Source: Macrostomum hystrix
Taxonomy: Eukaryota; Animalia; Platyhelminthes
Direction: 5' to 3'
Assembly (NCBI GenBank): GCA_950097015.1
Contig: CATNEN010000001.1
Coordinates: 15,066,001 to 15,130,000 of the forward strand
DNA: 64,000 nucleotides
Shown in pieces: positions 18,058 through 31,375 of this stretch (position 1 is the first letter of the stretch; each line of letters opens with the position of its first letter). Below the pieces are notes generated by a model, which made no database searches, had not been told where the DNA came from, and worked only from the letters and a program-made list of their open reading frames with translations. The translations under genes were made by a program, and so were the position numbers.

Positions 18058-19054
18058 AGAGGAGGGACTAAAATCTTCCAAGTTCAACACCCCCAACTGA
18101 GTGCGTCTGTCACATTGATATTGACATAACTATATGCATTTGCATTTAATGGTAATGAAACTATTTTTAATAGTACGTTCATTTCTGCTTCAGTGTAGGA
18201 TTGTAGGCTTGGCTTATTTTCTATCCGAATTTTCTAACCACAAACTAGCACAAACCGTTGGCTCATGTTTGCTTATTTTACGATTGCCTATCTGTGTCTG
18301 CTTATCTTGACTTTGCTTTGAAGCATCAGATTAAATTATTTAAAAATAGAATTAAAAAACGGGCTACTTATTATGACAGTAATGTTTATTTAGACTGCTA
18401 TTAAAAGTCGCATTATTTCCTTGCTACTTGTCCTACTAATAGTAGCCTTGTAAGAAACTTGTAGAATTTTAACAAACTAAAGTTTCGTATTTCGTTATAC
18501 GACACTAATTTGTGCTACAAAATCCTAGGAACATTAAAACATACAAAAGCATCTCAGCCAAATGTATCTTGCTTTATCATGGAAGCCACAAGATTCCAGC
18601 GGAATCAATAGTAAATTATCATCCAGATCGGATTCTGGGATTATAAGGTGGGGCCTGATCAAGCTCAAAGGTTTGACTGATTGGGGCGGAGATGGTTACT
18701 GTCATGTAGCATATGGCCTAGTGTGTGCACTTGCGCGAATAATCTAAGGATTCTGAGCTAGGAAGGAAGGAAGGAAGGAAGATGCAACAGAGATTCGAAT
18801 GACTGAGGAGAGCCCAGATCAGCAGACTTGGGGATAAACCGGGTGGGGGATCTCGTTTCCTTCTTCTCTGAATATATATAGCCCTTACAAATGTAGGATA
18901 TCGATCATTTCTGTTCAAGAAAGAAACTACGAAGTGGCAGAACGATGAAGACTTTCATTCTTTTATAAAGACACTATTGTTAAAGTCGTAGCGGTTTTTT
19001 GCAGAATCATTTGTGTTTCGCATCGAAGCGAAGACATCATTATTGTTAATAGAT

Positions 19055-19345
19055 ATTCTGCAGGAGGGCTGCGGGCAATGGCACATCATTTGGTGACACT
19101 AGACCTGCAGCCAGCGAGGAGGCAATTCTGCCCATTTCGCTGACTCCTGAGCACACACACAGATAGCGTATGCTCACACAGGTGTGTACATATTTGTCAT
19201 ATTTCTCATCGTCAGACAGTGTACACTCTCACTGTGCCTTTGAGGTTGGCCCTAAAGGGCGTAAATTGCACGACAAGCCCCCAAGCCTTCTCTCCGCGGC
19301 TGTGCCCCGAATTAATGTGGCCTCGTCGCGGAATCGAACTCAGGA
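19055..19345 (-). mobile_element. tRNA-related SINE-like element (family B)
   Basis: B-box-like GAGTTCGATTCC on the - strand near 19329-19340. The body aligns with 57840-58060 (+): GGGCTTGTmGyGCAATTTACGCC, CTGAyGATGAGAAATA, AATGGGCAGAATyGCCTCyTCGC, TGTCACCArATGATGT. Confidence 0.7.
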
Positions 19346-19454
19346 AAGTTGGAAAGTTGAAAACTATTTTACAAGTTGAAAGTTTTCGCTAATTATATTA
19401 ACTACAGTTAGCCCCGCTGTTTTTCAAGTTATTCCCCTGGCCCCACTGTTAGCA

Positions 19455-21390
19455 AATTATCCCCACAGTTTACAAATCATCCCCGCAGTTTACAAATCAT
19501 CCCCATAGTTTACAAATCATCCCCACAGTTTACAAATCATCCCCACAGTTTACAAATCATCCCCGCAGTTTACAAATCATCCCCACAGTTTACAAATCAT
19601 CCCCACAGTTTACAAATCATCCCCGCAGTTTACAAATCATCCCCACAGTTGACAAATCATCCCAACAGTTTACAAATCATCCCCACAGTTTACAAATCAT
19701 CCCCCACAGTTTACAAATCATCCCCACAGTTGACAAATCATCCCAACAGTTTACAAATCATCCCCACAGTTTACAAATCATCCCCCACAGTTTACAAATC
19801 ATCCCCCACAGTTTACAAATCATCCCCAACAGTTTACAAATCATCCCCCACAGTTTACAAATCATCCCCAACAGTTTACAAATCATCCCCCACAGTTTAC
19901 AAATCATCCCCCACAGTTTACAAATCATCCCCCACAGTTTACAAATCATCCCCACAGTTTACAAATCATCCCCAACAGTTTACAAATCATCCCCCATAGT
20001 TTACAAATCATCCCCAACAGTTTACAAATCATCCCCACAGTTTACAAATCATCCCCAACAGTTTACAAATCATCCCCACAGTTTACAAATCATCCCCCAC
20101 AGTTTACAAATCATCCCCACAGTTGACAAATCATCCCAACAGTTTACAAATCATCCCCACAGTTTACAAATCATCGCCAACAGTTTACAAATCATCCCCA
20201 CAGTTTACAAATCATCCCCCACAGTTTACAAATCATCCCCACAGTTTACAAATCATCCCCCACAGTTTACAAATCATCCCCACAGTTTACAAATCATCGC
20301 CAACAGTTTACAAATCATCCCCACAGTTTACAAATCATCCCCCACAGTTTACAAATCATCCCCCACAGTTTACAAATCATCCCCACAGTTTACAAATCAT
20401 CCCCAACAGTTTACAAATCATCCCCCATAGTTTACAAATCATCCCCAACAGTTTACAAATCATCCCCACAGTTTACAAATCATCCCCAACAGTTTACAAA
20501 TCATCCCCACAGTTTACAAATCATCCCCCACAGTTTACAAATCATCCCCACAGTTGACAAATCATCCCCCACAGTTTACAAATCATCCCCACAGTTGACA
20601 AATCATCCCCAACAGTTTACAAATCATCCCCACAGTTTACAAATCATCCCCCACAGTTTACAAATCATCCCCACAGTTGACAAATCATCCCAACAGTTTA
20701 CAAATCATCCCCACAGTTTACAAATCATCCCCACAGTTTACAAATCATCCCCAACAGTTTACAAATCATCCCCACAGTTTACAAATCATCCCCCACAGTT
20801 TACAAATCATCCCCCACAGTTTACAAATCATCCCCACAGTTTACAAATCATCCCCACAGTTTACAAATCATCCCCACAGTTTACAAATCATCCCCACAGT
20901 TTACAAATCATCCCCACAGTTTACAAATCATCCCCACAGTTTACAAATCATCCCCCACAGTTTACAAATCATTCCCCACAGTTTACAAATCATCCCCCAC
21001 AGTTTACAAATCATCCCCACAGTTTACAAATCATCCCCACAGTTTACAAATCATCCCCACAGTTTACAAATCATCCCCCACAGTTTACAAATCATCCCCC
21101 ACAGTTTACAAATCATCCCCCACAGTTTACAAATCATCCCCCACAGTTTACAAATCATCCCCACAGTTGACAAATCATCCCAACAGTTTACAAATCATCC
21201 CCCACAGTTTGCAAATCATCCCCACAGTTTACAAATCATCCCCCACAGTTTACAAATCACCCCCCACAGTTTACTAATTATCCCCACAGTTTACTAATTG
21301 TCCCCTTCAGTTGACAGATTATCCCCTACATTGACAAATTATCCCCTACAGTTGACAAATTATCCCCCTTAGTTGGCAATCTATCCCCCA
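19455..21390. repeat. 20/21-bp minisatellite
   Basis: Unit CAGTTTACAAATCATCCCC(C)A; degenerate TTATCCCC copies at the edges. Confidence 0.97.
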
Positions 21391-23004
21391 GTCGTATGGT
21401 GCACCAGTTGCACAGTTTTTTATCACCATTATTGCATTTTGTATTAAAATATTAGTCATAAAAACTACCATAAATTTGTTTCAATAAAAAAATAATTCCG
21501 AATATGAAAAGTGCAGACAGATGCCCAGATAGCCAAAATAGGAATATATACACGCCAGTTGAACAGAAGAGGCAGCGAAAGAAGAGAAGACACGACGCTG
21601 GCACTGCAGGAGCTGCTAGGGGGGAACGGAACAGTTGAAGCATGAAAAAACTCTGGGCTCGGGAACGGGATGGGAACTGGGAATTCCAGGCCACTCACTA
21701 TCGCCGTCTTCTCCAATGTCCCACAGAAGCCGAAGTCGAACTGTCTCCATTCTTCTAGCATGCTGAAGTGTATTTTCTGTTCCTTATTGGATTTCAAAAT
21801 TCTCTTCGGGATGCTACGAGCCTCGTAGTATTGAAAAAGGAATGCCAGTTATTTTAGGTTGGCATCTATGTATTCTATAACTACTTGACATTTAGACTTG
21901 CGTTCATGTCTTAGGCTTGTTTCATTTATTAAAAAAAACAGTTTTTGTACTCTGGATGCGTATGTAAATATATGAATGCTCGTGAAATTCACTTTTTTTA
22001 TATAGGTTGTTTTTGTTGTTTTCATCACATATCGGGTATATTCTACCCTAGGTGAAGACCGTGTTTGATAATCAAGCAGGATCTTTTATCATCTACAAGT
22101 TTTAGTCAAGGATCTATAAAAGTACATGTGGCACACACAATGAACCATCAAAATTTCTACCCAAGCTAAGGCAGTTTCGAAGACGGAATGTGTTCACATG
22201 TGCCCCCCTGAACGAACTCTAGACCTCTTATATAGGCTTCTAAACCTCGGTTTAGGTTTATAATCAGTTTAAAAGATTTTTGATAAACATCGGGTAGGCT
22301 TACTATTGGAATCTACATAAATTTAATTAAAGTTAACAATTCCTGTTTTTTTCGATACATATCGGCTATTTTCCTTCGTAAGCTGTATGTTCTAAAAAAA
22401 CTAAGAATCCAATGCATTGAATCCATGAGCTATTAAATGATGGGATTCGCAAAGACAGATTCTAACAGTACAATCTAGACTTTTCGGACTAGCCAATTCC
22501 GCCCCAATAGATAGAGAGCTTAAGGAAGAAAATCCCCATCTGGCCAGGCCAGATAGAAATCCCCTGACAGCTTTGCCTCGCAATAATATACGCATTTTTA
22601 TAGACGTCTTCAGTCTCTCGATTATTATTATATGTATGCTAGAAACTGGATCAAATGGGAGTTTTTAGTGATTGCCAATAGGCAATAGGAAATTTGGCTC
22701 CACCTCTTGTTCCAAATAGGCTGGGGCATTTCTCATCCCTTCATCCTTTTAGGCTCCTCTCCTTCAACCGTTTTCTACAGTGAAGAGACTTTGATTTTTT
22801 GCCTAATCAAAGGGGGCGAAAAAACTACAGAGTGGATTTCGGGAGAAGAGAAAAATCCCATTTTCTCTAGGATATTTAATAGTTCTAATAGTTGTTAGAC
22901 AATCTGCAGATCCTGATGGATGTGCTGCCACTTTTAACAGCTTTTTATTTTAGATTGTAACCCCCAAGATCCTCAGCTTAGGCTTTGCGATCTACCACAC
23001 ATCC

Positions 23005-24592
23005 ACAGCCACCCTCGCCTAGAGTCCCAGATCCTCAGGTTGTGGGGCAGCCACCATCGCCTAGAGTCCCAGATCCTCAGGTTGTGGGGCAGCCACCATC
23101 GCCTAGAATCCCAGATCCTCAGGTTGTGGGGCAGCCACAATCGCCTAGAGTCCCAGATCCTCAGGTTGTGGGGCAGCCACCATCGCCTAGAATCCCAGAT
23201 CCTCAGGTTGTGGGGCAGTCACCATCGCCTAGAGTCCCAGATCCTCAGGTTGTGGGGCAGCCACCATCGCCTAGAATCCCAGATCCTCAGGTTGTGGGGC
23301 AGTCACCATCGCCTAGAGTCCCAGATCCTCAGGTTGTGGGGCAGCCACCATCGCCTAGAGTCCCAGATCCTCAGGTTGTGGGGCAGTCACCATCGCCTAG
23401 AGTCCCAGATCCTCAGGTTGTGGGGCAGCCACCATCGCCTAGAATCCCAGATCCTCAGGTTGTGGGGCAGCCACCATCGCCTAGAATCCCAGATCCTCAG
23501 GTTGTGGGGCAGCCACCATCGCCTAGAATCCCAGATCCTCAGGTTGTGGGGCAGCCACCATCGCCTAGAATCCCAGATCCTCAGGTTGTGGGGCAGCCAC
23601 CATCGCCTAGAATCCCAGATCCTCAGGTTGTGGGGCAGCCACCATCGCCTAGAATCCCAGATCCTCAGGTTGTGGGGCAGCCACCATCGCCTAGAATCCC
23701 AGATCCTCAGGTTGTGGGGCAGTCACCATCGCCTAGAATCCCAGATCCTCAGGTTGTGGGGCAGCCAACATCGCCTAGAATCCCAGATCCTCAGGTTGTG
23801 GGGCAGCCACCATCGCCTAGAGTCCCAGATCCTCAGGTTGTGGGGCAGCCAACATCGCCTAGAATCCCAGATCCTCAGGTTGTGGGGCAGCCAACATCGC
23901 CTAGAATCCCAGATCCTCAGGTTGTGGGGCAGTCACCATCGCCTAGAGTCCCAGATCCTCAGGTTGTGGGGCAGCCACCATCGCCTAGAATCCCAGATCC
24001 TCAGGTTGTGGGGCAGCCACCATCGCCTAGAATCCCAGATCCTCAGGTTGTGGGGCAGCCAGCATCGCCTAGAGTTCCCGATCCTCAGGTTGTGGGGCAG
24101 CCAACATCGCCTAGAATCCCAGATCCTCAGGTTGTGGTGCAGCCACCCTCGCCTAGAGTTCCCGATCCTCAGGTTGTGGGGCAGCCACCATCGCCTAGAG
24201 TCCCAGATCCTCAGGTTGTGGGGCAGCCACCATCGCCTAGAGTCCCAGATCCTCAGGTTGTGGGGCAGCCACCATCGCCTAGAATCCCAGATCCTCAGGT
24301 TGTGGGGCAGCCACCATCGCCTAGAGTCCCAGATCCTCAGGTTGTGGGGCAGCCAACATCGCCTAGAATCCCAGATCCTCAGGTTGTGGGGCAGCCACCA
24401 TCGCCTAGAGTCCCAGATCCTCAGGTTGTGGGGCAGCCACCATCGCCTAGAATCCCAGATCCTCAGGTTGTGGGGCAGCCACCATCGCCTAGAATCCCAG
24501 ATCCTCAGGTTGTGGGGCAGCCACCATCGCCTAGAGTCCCAGATCCTCAGGTTGTGGGGCAGCCACCATCGCCTAGAATCCCAGATCCTCAG
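23005..24592. repeat. 42-bp minisatellite (~38 copies)
   Basis: Unit GCAGCCACCATCGCCTAGAATCCCAGATCCTCAGGTTGTGGG. Confidence 0.97.
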
Positions 24593-25456
24593 TTTTCTTA
24601 TGTACGAACATTAATTAGCTCTTCGTTCGTATTCAGCGTTTGCACTTTAATCTATTTTGTAAAAGCTGCTCAGAAAAGAGAAGCAGAAGAATTGAAAAGC
24701 GGCAATGGAAGGCGGCTTACAAAGTCCAGCATTGTGTCTCTTCCTTCTCCTTCATCATTCACTCTTTCTAGTTGCTAACTATGCAGCCCCAAACGATCAA
24801 TTGCATACAGTCAATGCTGAGGCCGTCTCTGTCTCCCTGTCTCCCGCAAATCGATTTGGCGCCACTGCCAATCTGGCCAGTATGTATCTGTACAGAGATT
24901 CGCTAGGCTACATAGTAGATAAAAAAGGCTCTATCTATTCTCGAGTGACTAACTGATTGGACTATATATATATATGCGTGGCCCAATTCGAGATTTGGTG
25001 GGAATGAGCGTCCAGTTGTTCGTTGAAGAGGCCACTTCAATGACTTGGCTCCTTCATCGGCAGTTAGACTCAAAGTCTGCCCACGCCATGCTCACCCTCG
25101 CACACTCTTTACACTAGCTACTAATGACCGAAGCTTTCATGGATGATGGATAAAGTGAAACTGAAAGATGTAAGCAAAGCTAGTCAATTGGCGAGATGTT
25201 CTGAGTACCGGCGTCTCTACTTCTAGCGCCATTCTTGGCGTTCAAAAATAGTCATTCCAAAACAATTAGTTCATGATTGATTAGTCGGAGGAAAACTATT
25301 TCCTGGTCCTGTTTGCTTCTGGAATAAGGGATTGCTTTCGTGACTGAATTTATAGTCCTATTTTAAGAGCACGCGTTACATTTATGTACTCGTATATATA
25401 CAAAAATTATGCAGTTCATCAAGTTGAGATTGTGAAAGTTGAGACCCTTCATTATT

Positions 25457-25772
25457 CTCAGGACTTCTCGAGATTCTCAGGCTTCGCGCAGAACTTTAGG
25501 CCTCCCTCAGATCTTCAGACCTCCCTCAGATCTTCAGACCTCCCTCAGATCCTCAGGCCTCCCTCAGATCCTCAGGCCTCCCTCAGATCCTCAGGCCTCC
25601 CTCAGATCCTCAGACCTCCCTCAGATTCTCAGGACTTCTCGAGATTGTCAGGCCTCCCGCAGAACTTCAGGCCTCCTCAGATCCTCAGGTCTCCCTCAGA
25701 TTCTCAGGCCTCCCTCAGATCCTCAGGCCTCCCTCAGATCTTCAGGTCTACTTCAGATCCTCAGGTCTCCCT
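25457..25772. repeat. 19-bp minisatellite
   Basis: Unit CCTCCCTCAGATCCTCAGG. Confidence 0.9.
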
Positions 25773-26779
25773 AAGCTTTTGAGGCTTGATTTTAATTGTT
25801 TGGCTTCCACCAGATCCTTGAGGCTTGGATTTCACAAAGCCCAAGTTAACGATTCAATCTTTTGTACAAGTAATTGTTTTCTGTCGTTTCTTCCTTCGTT
25901 CATGGAACACTGTGTAATGGATCTTTTGTATTCGCATATTATTCAGAATTCTACTTGACAATTAACTTCTTCCCCCCTCTCTCTCTCTCCAGTTGATTTG
26001 CATTTCATTCGATCATCAATCCTGACTGTCATGACAGCTGTGAGTCATCCGTAGTTTTTAGTAGCTACTAGTGTGACATTCTTGTCCCCATTTAGTTCGG
26101 CGTGTTAAGCTTAGCTCTAAGCCTAGTAAATCCGTCTTAGATTTCCGAATGGCAGTCGGCGCCACCCCCTGTGTCTAAACTCTCGCCTTCCTTCTCTTCA
26201 GTTAGACCTTCTGCTAGCTTATTGAGGAAGCAAATTCTTCGCCTTGCAACTCCCAGTATGCTGGCAATTTCAGTTGAGGCTTGAATTAGTAGATACCCAC
26301 TGCAAGACCTCTTTCTCCCTGCTCCCGTCCCGTCCCGTCCCGCTCCCGACCCTCCTCGTGGGTCTGTCGGACTCTTGCATCTCAATCTTTCTCTCTGCGA
26401 GTGTGTTGGCTTGCCTTCTGGCACTGTGTGCTCCTCCAATCAGTTTTGTTGGGAGTTCGCCCAGCTCCATCACTTCACGAAATTAGCTGCCCGGAATTCG
26501 TCCCCTGATGATGTTGCTGCTGTTGCTGCTTCTGCATGTAAGACCTGCTGCTGAATTGTGTGGCCCAGTATATGTAGCAATAAACATCTAAATAAGATCT
26601 GATGTTTAATTGCAACTGGCCTTAACTGCCTCATCTTTCACTAGGGACTAATATTTTTCGTGTTGATGAAACTTTCCCGTTTCCTGAAATTTCACTTGCC
26701 TGAAGTTTCACTTGCCTGAAGTTTTACTTACCTGAAATTTCATTTCACTGTAATTTCGCTGCACTAAGTTTCACTGTTC

Positions 26780-27530
26780 CCCAGATCCTCAGGTACTGCA
26801 GCCACCGTCCCTCAGATCTTCAGATACGGCAGCCACGATCCCTCAGGCACTGCAGCCACGATCCCTCAGGCACTGCAGCCACGATCCCTCAGGCACTGCA
26901 GCCACCATCCCTCAGGAACTGCAGCCACCATCCCTCAGGTACTGCAGCCACCATCCCTCAGGTACTGTAGCCACCATCCCTCAGGCACTGCAGCCACGAT
27001 CCCTCAGGCACTGCAGCCACGATCCCTCTGGTACTGCAGCCACCATCCCTCAGGCACTGCAGCCACCATCCCTCAGGTACTGCAGCCACCATCCCTCAGG
27101 TACTGCAGCCACCATCCCTTAGTTACTTCAGCCACCATCCCTCAGGTACTTCAGCCACCATCCCTCAGGTACTTCAGCCACCATCCCTCAGGTACTGCAG
27201 CCACCATCCCTCAGGTACTGCAGCCGCCATCCCTCAGGTACTGCAGCCACCATCCCTCAGGTACTGCAGCCACCATCCCTCTGGTACTGCAGCCACCATC
27301 CCTCAGGTACTGCAGCCACCATCCCTCAGGTACTGCAGCCACCATCCCTCAGGTACTGCAGCCACCATCCCTCAGGTACTGCAGCCACCATCCCTCAGGT
27401 ACTTCAGCCACCATCCCTCAGGTACTTCAGCCACCATCCCTCAGGTACTGCAGCCACCATCCCTCAGGTACTGCAGCCACCATCCCTCAGGTACTGCAGC
27501 CACCGTCCCCTAGATTCTGAGGTACTGCAT
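26780..27530. repeat. 23-bp minisatellite
   Basis: Unit CTGCAGCCACCATCCCTCAGGTA. Confidence 0.96.
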
Positions 27531-27994
27531 TAGTCCATTAGTGAGGCGATAAAGCTAGCTAGACATTGTATTTAGATTTAGAAGTCAGTGGTCTTAGTTT
27601 GTGTTTAGTTGGACTTCGGCGAAGCACTCTTGGGACGTGTGTGTGTGTGTTTGAGCCAATCGCTCTGGGGCTCATTGTGATGCAAATTGACTTTCCGCTA
27701 AACTAGAGTCAGTTCTATTCGCCTGACTGCTTATCCAATGTGTCCTGTTATATTCTGCTTTTCTGTCTAACTGACTGACTGACTAAATAACTAGCTGTCC
27801 GTTATTTTTCCCATACTCCATCGCGTTAACCCCTTCAGGCAGTCTCCGCAGATACTGAGTAATTTGGCGCTCTGTGAATGAGATTTAGTTTGAAAGTATC
27901 AAATACCTTCTTAATAAGAATTTTGCCTTGCAGGTTAACTTATTACCCCTCTAGAAGGAAAATCGGCTATCCTCTTATTGGATTATCTGACAAT

Positions 27995-28542
27995 TCCCTG
28001 AAGTTTCACTTCCCTGAAGTTTCACTTCCCTGAAGTTTCACTTCCCTGAAGTTTCACTTCCCTGAAGTTTCACTTCCCTGAAGTTTCACTTCCCTAGTTT
28101 CACTTCCCTGAAGTTTCACTTCCCTGAAGTTTCACTTCCCTAGTTTCACTTCCCTGAAGTTTCACTTCCCTGAAGTTTCAATTTCCTAGTTTCACTTCCC
28201 TGAAGTTTCACTTCCCTAGTTTCACTTCCCTGAAGTTTCACTTCCCTGAAGTTTCAATTTCCTAGTTTCACTTTCCTAGTTTCACTTGCCTGAAGTTTCA
28301 ATTTCCTAGTTTCACTTTCCTAGTTTCACTTGCCTGAAGTTTCACTTGCCTGAAGTTTCACTTCCCTGAAGTTTCACTTTCCTAGTTTCACTTCCCTGAA
28401 GTTTCACTTTCCTAGTTTCACTTCCCTGAAGTTTCACTTTCCTAGTTTCACTTGCCTGAAGTTTCACTTGCCTGAAGTTTCACTTCCCTGAAGTTTCACT
28501 TCCCTGAAGTTTCACTTGCCTGAAGTTTCACTTCCCTGAATT
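27995..28542. repeat. 16/14-bp minisatellite (short degenerate copy also at 26683-26775)
   Basis: Unit TTCCCTGAAGTTTCAC, variant TTCCTAGTTTCACT. Confidence 0.95.
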
Positions 28543-29619
28543 ATCAGGTACTTTAGGTACTTTTTTTATTTTCATTTTTTTATTTTCTGCCTAAGAAAAA
28601 TGTTCGCATTAATTTGATTCAGAACTGAAGAACAAGCCAGTTTAGAAAATAGTGTTTGGCACGTACAGTTGGAAAGCCTAGGTGAGCTGTACCGGGTTGA
28701 AAACGATGCCAAGTTTAAAAAAATGCTACTTGGCTAGTGAGACCTTTGCTTGGGTGTCATTAGCGGCACGTTTAGTTTCATATATTTAGCAAGTTAATTG
28801 GAATGCTACTCTGCAGATGAACTTGGGAATCTCCCTCGACACTTTTGAAAGCAATTTTCTAGTGAACTTGGTTAGTTAGGTAAGAGAAATTAGGCCAAAG
28901 AAAGTGGGATGGGCTGACTAGAGATCCCTAGGGATTTGTTCCTCTTTTAGGCTTTACCGAGTAAATTTGCTATTCTGCTCGAGCAGTTAATCAGATTTCT
29001 CTATCCACCAGTAACTAACCAGTAATTCTTTTTTTCTGCTCCATCTTCTTACGCCCTGATGTTTCAGAAGCTTCTGTTAAGTTATCGAGTGACAGGTCTA
29101 TTTTAATCGGTTTGTTCTCTGGTAGTTGCTTGATAATAACAATAACTGTCTGGTCTGTGTATATATGTGTGTGCTTGTGTGCTTTCATTTGTAGACTCGC
29201 CGCGGATTCACTTAACTACTCATTCAGCCTTGAGTATAAACGCATTTGGCTAGATCCCCAGATAATCATACGGATGAGACACAGATTCTGAAAATGACGA
29301 ATTAGGTTAAGATCATTCTTGGTCATGTGGCTGCTATGTGCTATTCTGAACTTACTGTTTTATTGCTGTCTCCGCTAAGTCTGCGTTTGCAGAATAATTT
29401 ATCCCTTTCCCAATCCACGCAATAGCATCGAATAGATCATCAATCTTGCCTCATAAACTCAATATCAGCTAGATCACAATTTGATTGGTGTTTGCCTGTG
29501 CTTGCACTTTTTCATGACTTTATAGCGCCAATGATTAATCATGCTGGATGCTAAAAATGTCACGGCTTATAAACATGATTTATAGGAGCGTGTATGGGTT
29601 ATCTATGGTGTGAGTAGAT

Positions 29620-29915
29620 AAGAGTGGAGAAGTAGATCAGGGTGGGAGAAGATTAGGGTGGGAGTAGATCAGGGTGGGAGATCAGGGTTGGGAGGAGATC
29701 AGGGTGGGAGGAGATCTGGCTGGGAGGAGATCTGGGTGGGAGGAGAACAGGGTGAGAGTAGATCAGGGTGGGAGGAGATCACGGTGAGAGTAGATCAGGG
29801 TGAGAGTAGATCAGGGTGAGAGTAGATTAGAGTGGGAGTAGATTAGAGTGGGAGTAGATTAGAGTGGGAGTAGATTAGAGTGGGATAGATTAGGGTGGGA
29901 GTTGATTAGGGTGGA
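29620..29915. repeat. 16-bp G-rich minisatellite
   Basis: Unit GGGTGGGAGTAGATCA, variant GAGTGGGAGTAGATTA. Confidence 0.9.
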
Positions 29916-30326
29916 AGTAAAAAATAGAAATAGAAATAGGGTAGGATTTTGGTGACAATAGATATTAAAGGAGTATGTTTAGAGGAAGCTGTGAGAGGGT
30001 AGCTTATAGACACTATTATTTTGTCTTAATTTGCACCAGCTGTTTTTCTGCGGTCTGTTCATAGTGCACAATGCAAACTATTATTCCCTAATAAGTTGGG
30101 AAATGATTTTGTAATTATACTCTATCTGCGAATGTACAATGTGAGGACAATTTTTATACACAAATTAGTCTTGATTGTGACGACAATTGTCGACTAGTTG
30201 TATTGTTAGATGTTCGATGATTGGTTAATTAGTTCAGGATTTTTTGTCTCGCTAGTTTAATTATTGGCGTTTTTCTAGGCTTTTGGGATAATTGTAGTTT
30301 CTTTATCAAAATGCAATGTTCTATGC

Positions 30327-31375
30327 GATGTCTATAAGATAATGTCTATAGGATGATGTCTATAAGATAATGTCTATAGGATGATGTCTATAGGATAATG
30401 TCTATAGGGGATGATGTCTATAGGATGATGTCTATAGGGGATGATGTCTATAGGGGATGATGTCTATAGGATGATGTCTATAGGATGATGTCTATAGGAT
30501 GATGTCTATAAGATAATGTCTATAGGATGATGTCTATAGGATGATGTCTATAGGATAATGTCTATAGGGGATGATGTCTATAGGATGATGTCTATAGGAT
30601 AATGTCTATAGGGGATGATGTCTATAGGATGATGTCTATAAGATAATGTCTATAGGATGATGTCTATAGGATAATGTCTATAGGATAATGTCTATAGGAT
30701 AATGTCTATAGGATAATGTCTATAGGGGATGATGTCTATAGGATAATGTCTATAGGATGATGTCTATAGGATGATGTCTATAGGATGATGTCTATAAGAT
30801 AATGTCTATAGGATGATGTCTATAGGATAATGTCTATAGGATAATGTCTATAGGGGATGATGTCTATAGGATAATGTCTATAGGGGATGATGTCTATAGG
30901 ATAATGTCTATAGGGGATGATGTCTATAGGATAATGTCTATAGGATGATGTCTATATGATGATGTCTATAGGATGATGTCTATAAGATAATGTCTATAGG
31001 ATGATGTCTATAGGATGATGTCTATAGGATGATGTCTATAGGATAATGTCTATAGGATGATGTCTATAGGATGATGTCTATAGGATGATGTCTATAAGAT
31101 AATGTCTATAGGATGATGTCTATAGGATGATGTCTATAGGATGATGTCTATAGGATAATGTCTATAGGATGATGTCTATAGGATGATGTCTATAGGATGA
31201 TGTCTATAAGATAATGTCTATAGGATGATGTCTATAGGATAATGTCTATAGGGGATGATGTCTATAGGATGATGTCTATAGGATGATATCTATAAGATTA
31301 TGTCTACAGGACGACGTCTATAGGATGAGATCTACAGGATAAAATCTATCGAACGATATCTATAGGATGACATCT
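30327..31375. repeat. 14/16-bp minisatellite
   Basis: Unit GATGATGTCTATAG(GG). Confidence 0.96.

Noticed and set aside
14257-21297. Repetitive ORFs at 14257-15161 and 19649-21297 (likewise 11726-12136, 44151-44810, 47132-47929, 62062-62535)
   Set aside because: Translations of tandem arrays; frames shift with unit-length variants and there is no domain similarity.
22985-24778. 597-aa (PPSPRIPDPQVVGQ)n and 524-aa overlapping ORFs
   Set aside because: They result from a stop-free 42-bp satellite (period divisible by 3), have non-ATG starts, and share motifs with neighbouring non-coding arrays.
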